From IMG/VR virus record IMGVR_UViG_3300000302_000058: 64,000 bases of DNA; one strand, 5' to 3'. Source of the DNA: an uncultured virus (IMG/VR IMGVR_UViG_3300000302_000058) (taxonomy: Duplodnaviria > Heunggongvirae > Uroviricota > Caudoviricetes). The notes beneath the pieces were generated by a model. It was given only the letters and a program-made list of their open reading frames with translations, was not told the DNA's origin and ran no database searches. The translations under genes were made by a program, and so were the position numbers. Shown here piece after piece: positions 58,918 through 64,000 of the stretch (position 1 is its first letter; every line of letters starts with the position of its first letter).

Positions 58918-61005
58918 CTAATGAGGTACACAACCGACATTCTTACCCTTAGTTCCAAGAGTGGCTAGATGTTCGGTTGGTTTTTTAGAAGTTTGAATAG
59001 AAAAGACAGAATCCTCTTTACCAAGCTTAATACCAACTCGTCCTGTAGACGCTTTACCGCTCGCTTTAAGAGCAGAAATATCGCTACAAAGTTCGTACCC
59101 TTCGACGCTGTTAAAAGTAAGATATTTATCTTCGGACGTAATTACAAACAATACTTCATTCTTAGGGAAATAATCTTGCCCCTTAATATTCTGCGTAGTG
59201 CCGTTAAATAGCGAAGTATTAAACTTTTTGATGCGACCAGATTTTGAAACAGCGATAACATCTTTATCCTCGCCGCACGCCGCAATCATTCTGATGTGCG
59301 TTAATCCAGTTCCAAGAATTGTGCCAAGGGCAGTGCCTTTTTCAGAAGCAAGACATTGTTTAATATTGCTTACCTTTAAGCGATAAACTTTCTTCGTGTT
59401 GTATATTTGGATATACCCATCTGTAGTAGTTTCTATACATCCAAGATTGCCGCTTGCCGGACGATACTTCGCGGCTGGAACGGACTTGATATAACCATTG
59501 TCGGTATAACATACAACAACAGACTCTATAGCTTTTTCTTTCTTTGTCTTTTGGGGTGCGATAATCTCTTTTTGAATAACTTGTGTGCGACGTTGAGCAG
59601 AATATTTTTTAGCAAAAGCTTTAAGATTTTTGATTAGCAACTTTTTTTGTCTATCAGAAGAGTCTAAAATCTCTTGAATCTCAATCGCATCTTTTCTTTT
59701 TTGTTCTAGTTCGTTTAGAATCTCTTGTTCTTCTAGATGTGCTAATCGACTAAGCTTTAATCCTAAAATAGCATCTGCTTGACGCTCTGTTAGTCCTAGA
59801 TTATTGACCATATATTCTTTAGCTTCTACTGAGCTATTGGAGTTTCTAATAAGATTAATGACATTATCTATACCCTTATAAGCTCGTTCTAGTCCTTCTA
59901 GGATTTCAATGCGATTGAGGGTCTTATCTAAATCATATCGATATTGACGCTGTATACACTCTATATTATGCTTAGTATAAATCTCGCACATATCTTTAAG
60001 GGTAAGCAAAGATGGTGTTTTAGAAACAATCGCCATTTGATTAATATCATACTGATTCCTTAAAGGCGTATATTGAAAAAGTTGATTTAAAACATCTTGA
60101 GAATTAGCGCTTGCCGTACAAGTAACGGTCAGTAAGATTCGCTTTTTATCGCTCTTATTGTTTACTTCTTTAATGCCAGTAAGTTTACCGTTATCAATTC
60201 CTTCTTTAATCTTTTCAATAATAGGTTCAATATAAACCTGAAAAGGAAACTCAGTAAAGTTAATATCTTGCTTGTCGATAAAATACTTAGCTTCTACAAT
60301 TATTTTGCCCTTACCAGTTTTGTTGATTTGTGATAAATCATTTTTATTTACAATCGTAGCCCCAGTAGGAAAATCAGGATAGTAATTATCATTATCAACT
60401 TCACCAGTTTTAATATAGTTGATAAGAATATCTGCTGTCTCTTGGAGATTATGTAATGTCCATTCTGTAGCAATACCCACACCGATTCCTTGAGCGCCAT
60501 TAACCAAGAGACGTGGAAAAAGAGCGGGAAGGACTTTCGGCCATTCTTCGTCTTCTGAGAAGTTAGGAATCATGTCTACTACATTTTTATTGATATTTTG
60601 TAGCATTCCTTCTTCAGCTATTGGAGACAATCGAGCTTCACTGTAACGGTCTGCGGCGATAGCATCTCCGCCGATAATAACGTTGCCATTAGCGCCGTGG
60701 AAATCAACTTCTGGGTTATTGTTAGAAAATGGCTGAGACATGCGAGCGAATGTCTCATAGATAGCAGTAGTGCCATGTGGCCAATAGTTAGCAGCTACAA
60801 GCCCATCAATCTTGGCAGATTTGACATGCGGTTTAGCACTAGTAAAGCCAGCTTTATACATACTCCAAAGACATGCTCGCTGTCCCGGCTTTAGTCCATC
60901 GCGTGCGTCAGGAAAGCTCTTGTTGTTATTCGTGTCTGTTGCATATACTAAGAAGTTTTCGCCAACTTCGTCTAGTGTATCAACTTTATTCATAGTCAAC
61001 TTCAA
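58918..61005 (-). CDS. gyrA: Type IIA topoisomerase subunit A (GyrA/ParC-like)
   Basis: PDARDGLKP, PHG, AADRYSEARL catalytic Tyr, NGAQGIGVG, PDFPTG. Confidence 0.9.
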   Translation of the reverse strand: MKLTMNKVDTLDEVGENFLVYATDTNNNKSFPDARDGLKPGQRACLWSMYKAGFTSAKPHVKSAKIDGLVAANYWPHGTTAIYETFARMSQPFSNNNPEVDFHGANGNVIIGGDAIAADRYSEARLSPIAEEGMLQNINKNVVDMIPNFSEDEEWPKVLPALFPRLLVNGAQGIGVGIATEWTLHNLQETADILINYIKTGEVDNDNYYPDFPTGATIVNKNDLSQINKTGKGKIIVEAKYFIDKQDINFTEFPFQVYIEPIIEKIKEGIDNGKLTGIKEVNNKSDKKRILLTVTCTASANSQDVLNQLFQYTPLRNQYDINQMAIVSKTPSLLTLKDMCEIYTKHNIECIQRQYRYDLDKTLNRIEILEGLERAYKGIDNVINLIRNSNSSVEAKEYMVNNLGLTERQADAILGLKLSRLAHLEEQEILNELEQKRKDAIEIQEILDSSDRQKKLLIKNLKAFAKKYSAQRRTQVIQKEIIAPQKTKKEKAIESVVVCYTDNGYIKSVPAAKYRPASGNLGCIETTTDGYIQIYNTKKVYRLKVSNIKQCLASEKGTALGTILGTGLTHIRMIAACGEDKDVIAVSKSGRIKKFNTSLFNGTTQNIKGQDYFPKNEVLFVITSEDKYLTFNSVEGYELCSDISALKASGKASTGRVGIKLGKEDSVFSIQTSKKPTEHLATLGTKGKNVGCVPH

Positions 61006-64000
61006 CCTCCTCAGAGTGTGCTAAGNNNNNNNNNNNNNNNNNNNNNNNNNNNNNNNNNNNNNNNNNNNNNNNNNNNNNNNNNNNNNNNNNNNNNNNNNNN
61101 NNNNNNNNNNNNNNNNNNNNNNNNNACACGTGGCTTAACAGCTTTGCCGTATAGCATTTCAAATTGCTGTTCTGTTTTATCTTTATCGCTAACTTCTAGT
61201 TGTACCATATTTCTAGTATTGGGGTTGAGCAAAGTATATTCAAGCTCTTCTGAATCCATTTCACCCACATATTATTCCTCTGTCACCAGAGGTACTGACT
61301 ATTTCTTCTATGATTATATAATCATAGTCTACCGTTTCAGATTACGTATCAATAGTAATCCTACTCCCCGACAAAGGGGATAGTCGATACAGGTTACGGT
61401 TGTATATGTTGATAGGTTTTATTTCTATAAATATTAGTAAAATTTTGTTTAGGAATTTCTTTATAATCTTGATATATAGAATTTAACGATTCACCTTGTT
61501 TAGCTCTTCTTCTAATATCAAGTATTTTTTCTTTTGAAACGTTATTATTACTCTTAGAGTTTCTAATATATTTATAAAAGTCTTTATTTTCTGTAGTATA
61601 TACGTCCATATGTATATCTTGCCAACTATATCCGTTCCAAATTTTCTTAAACCCACTTGTTCCTATTTTATCTTTAAATTGTTCGAAGATATCTTCTTGC
61701 ATCAAATGGTTTTTATAACATTCTCTAATGTAAAAAACTTCTTCATTAGTTAATTGAGTTTTAGGATGCTGTTCATCTTTTATGTTATCTCTAGCATCTC
61801 CTCCGGGGGTTTCATTATATCCATGAAAATAAGTGTCGTATAATTCAATGTATTTTATTTCTAAATCATTTAAACGCTCTTTGGATGTTTCCTCTAAAAC
61901 CTCAAATTTAAAATTACTTAATCCATATTTTCTTATTGCTCGATATAATGCTTTTTCATATTCTTTTCCAGCTGAACAATAAGCTCTCTTTTTATGAGAT
62001 TTCCATCTATTTTCTATATCTGTGCTTTGTCCAATATAGGAATGACCATTGATGCGATTTGTAATTTTATAGATACCTATCATATTAAATTCACCTTTCA
62101 TACTTATCGTAGAAAGATGATATACTATACAACCGTCTTCCCACGAGATTATCTTCCTATTATATATAAAGTTTCTAGCCCCTATTTTATTCAATATTGA
62201 CCAGAAGCAATAAAAAGACTTCCTCGTTAGCCGCAATTAAGCGACCCCGCTGATAAACGGAAAAGTAGATAAGGGCCAGACTATCTCTTACCCTTTTAAT
62301 CTTCCAATAGATTGAATCTTCTTACCATTCTTCTTTTGGTATTCACTTAGAGCAGTCTCATCTTTTAAATAGATATATTCATTCTTCTTAGTAGTTACTC
62401 TAAATAACGGTGGAATAGTTGAATATACATGTCCATTTAAAAGAAGTTCTGGACATATATACCACAAAATGTTGAACAGAAGATTCTCAATTGCCGCACC
62501 TGCTGGGTCAGCGTCAGTACAGGCAATAATTTTATTATAACGAAGTTTATTTTTATCATAGACAAGATGATTGTGACTGTCAAAATCCAAACCAAGAGCA
62601 ACGATAAGATTATTTACCTCTTGATTTTTTAACAGCTTATCCATCGTTGTTTTACGGGCAGAAATCATCATGCCCCGAACACCATAAATAGCTTGCGTCT
62701 CAGAATCACGTGCGGCCACAAGACCTGACATAGCACTTTTACCTTCGCAAATCAGTAGCTCTGCTTTACTTCTATCTTTAGTCCAAGCATCTACCAGTGT
62801 TGTTGGAAGTTTAAACACCTTGTCTTTTTTCTCAGCCTTTTTCTTTACTGCTTCGCGAGCCTTTTTAGCAGCTTCAGCCGCACGTCTAGCAAGCAAAGCT
62901 TTTTCGATAATCTTGCGGCCATCGTCGGGGTTGTTATCCAACCAAACTTCTAGTTGTTCACTAAAGACTTCGTTAAGGAATGGAACAAAATCTTTACTCA
63001 CGATTCGACTTTTAGTCTGGGCATCGTAAGAGATATTAGGCGAAACAAGATTAAAAACTAGCACTAATCCTTCTTGCAGAGAATCGCCATCTAGATTTTT
63101 ATCTTTCTCCTTTAGGATATTTTGTTCACGTGCCCATTTATTCATAATCTTGGTAATACAAGTCTTAATTGCGGTAATGTGTGGCCCCTGTTCTGTAAGT
63201 CCATAGTTCACATAAGCCACGATATGAGAGGAATTCTTGTCTGCATATCCTAGGCCGCAATCAATACTATATTTATCTTGTTGCTTTTGGAAAAAGAAAG
63301 GTTCTGAAATGGATTTATCTTTACCAGTAATTTGATTGACGAGATATCGCAGCCCCTCGGGATGATAAATCTTTTCTACCTTCTTATCGACAGAAAAGAT
63401 TATTTGTAGACTTGGGCACATGCCGCAAATATCATGGAACATTTTCCGTAAAAGATTAATATCTGGCAGGGGGGTTTCAAAAAATTCTTCGCTAGGTTTA
63501 AAAACGATAGTCGTACCGGAAAAGTGGTCTAATTTACCTCGTTCTCTTTTTTGAAAGACACCTTCTTTAAAAGTAATTTTTTCATAAGAAGAACCATCAT
63601 AAGAGGTAACAATAAAATAATGTGCAAGGAAGTTTGCGGCTTTACCGCCGACTCCGTTTAAACCAAGACTTGTGCCACCATATACGCCATCATCTGAATA
63701 TTTACCAGAGGTATTGATTTCATCAAATGAAGCTTGAAGAATTGTCTTACCGTCTTCTCGATGTTCCAAAAGAGGGAAACCTTGTCCTTGGTCAGAGACA
63801 ACACATTCTCCTGTTTTAGTATTGATTCCGATTTCAATCACATTACCGTGACCAAGATTATGTTCATCAAGAGCATTAGAAAAAAGCTCTACCAAGAGCT
63901 GTGTTGAATCCTTGGTAGAGCCTACATACATACCGGGCCTAAGCCGCACGTGCTCTAAAGGAGATAACGATTGAATTGAGTCTTTATCGTATAAAGTCTT
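60986..64000 (-). CDS. gyrB: Type IIA topoisomerase subunit B, 2 exons (>64000-62290 + 61267-~60986); starts beyond window
   Basis: RPGMYVG, E..SNALDE, GLNGVG, CEGKSA, DADPAG, spliced RLKG-L-GEM; post-gap frame LAHSEEVEVDYE*. Confidence 0.9.
61394..62083 (-). CDS. Intron-encoded GIY-YIG homing endonuclease
   Basis: SD aaaggtg; MIGIYKITN...YIGQS...GYNETPGG. Confidence 0.85.
   Translation of the reverse strand: MIGIYKITNRINGHSYIGQSTDIENRWKSHKKRAYCSAGKEYEKALYRAIRKYGLSNFKFEVLEETSKERLNDLEIKYIELYDTYFHGYNETPGGDARDNIKDEQHPKTQLTNEEVFYIRECYKNHLMQEDIFEQFKDKIGTSGFKKIWNGYSWQDIHMDVYTTENKDFYKYIRNSKSNNNVSKEKILDIRRRAKQGESLNSIYQDYKEIPKQNFTNIYRNKTYQHIQP
62161..62202 (-). promoter_or_regulatory. Putative phage-specific promoter inside the gyrB intron
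   Basis: ggtc aatattgaat aaaatagggg ctagaaactt tatatata. Confidence 0.5.

Larger units (their letters stand above)
61268..62289 (-). mobile_element. Group I intron in gyrB
   Basis: P1 AAGGGU/GCCCUU, terminal G; T|TG restores the Leu of KGLGEM; GTATCGACTATCCC / AAGAAATAGTC core. Confidence 0.9.

Noticed and set aside
23284..61125. Apparent frameshifts or splits at N runs (fibre genes, dnaE, primase, HEG, gyrB)
   Set aside because: Scaffold gaps, mostly about 100 N. Flanks often appear nearly contiguous in protein terms, so frame changes are artefacts; hidden small insertions cannot be excluded.
1..64000. Stop-codon reassignment
   Set aside because: Long genes are intact in the standard code, TAA/TAG/TGA all terminate genes, and the interruptions are explained by introns, gaps or the G tract.
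1..64000. CRISPR array, tRNA, rRNA, integrase
   Set aside because: No regularly spaced repeats, cloverleaf or recombinase motifs recognised; intergenic space is small.
42440..64000. Inteins in DnaE, DnaB or topoisomerase subunits
   Set aside because: No C/S...HN-C/S/T insertions or excess length seen.

Overview
A 64 kb segment of a large, AT-rich tailed dsDNA phage, scaffolded with several N gaps. The left arm (1-34.6 kb, + strand) holds the tape-measure C-terminus, baseplate/spike genes, about 10 modular fibre genes, a holin and a CHAP+GH25 endolysin. The right arm (34.6-64 kb, - strand, converging on a bidirectional terminator) holds nucleotide-metabolism and replication genes: RuvC-like, FolD-like, dUTPase, NrdG/NrdD, Gmk, Pol III alpha, a D12-class MTase, RecJ, primase, DnaB, a Sak4-like ATPase, a probable SSB and type II topoisomerase A/B. 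The best candidate for an undescribed system is at 20.0-21.5 kb: three paralogous short fibre-tip genes preceded by a leader peptide, containing the only G8/G9 tracts I saw. Tract length appears to decide both reading frame and translational coupling to the next paralogue, i.e. a homopolymer relay switch. Other main observations: four group I introns resolved to the base (nrdD, gyrB, two in dnaB, one only 212 nt and ORF-less); a homing endonuclease that replaced the recJ 3' end; a membrane-anchored GIY-YIG nuclease; a FolD lacking cyclohydrolase residues; a fixed-spacing phage promoter motif seen at 9 sites; and strong GCCGCA enrichment with apparent GATC/CCWGG avoidance. All calls come from reading sequence and motifs by eye; no searches were run.
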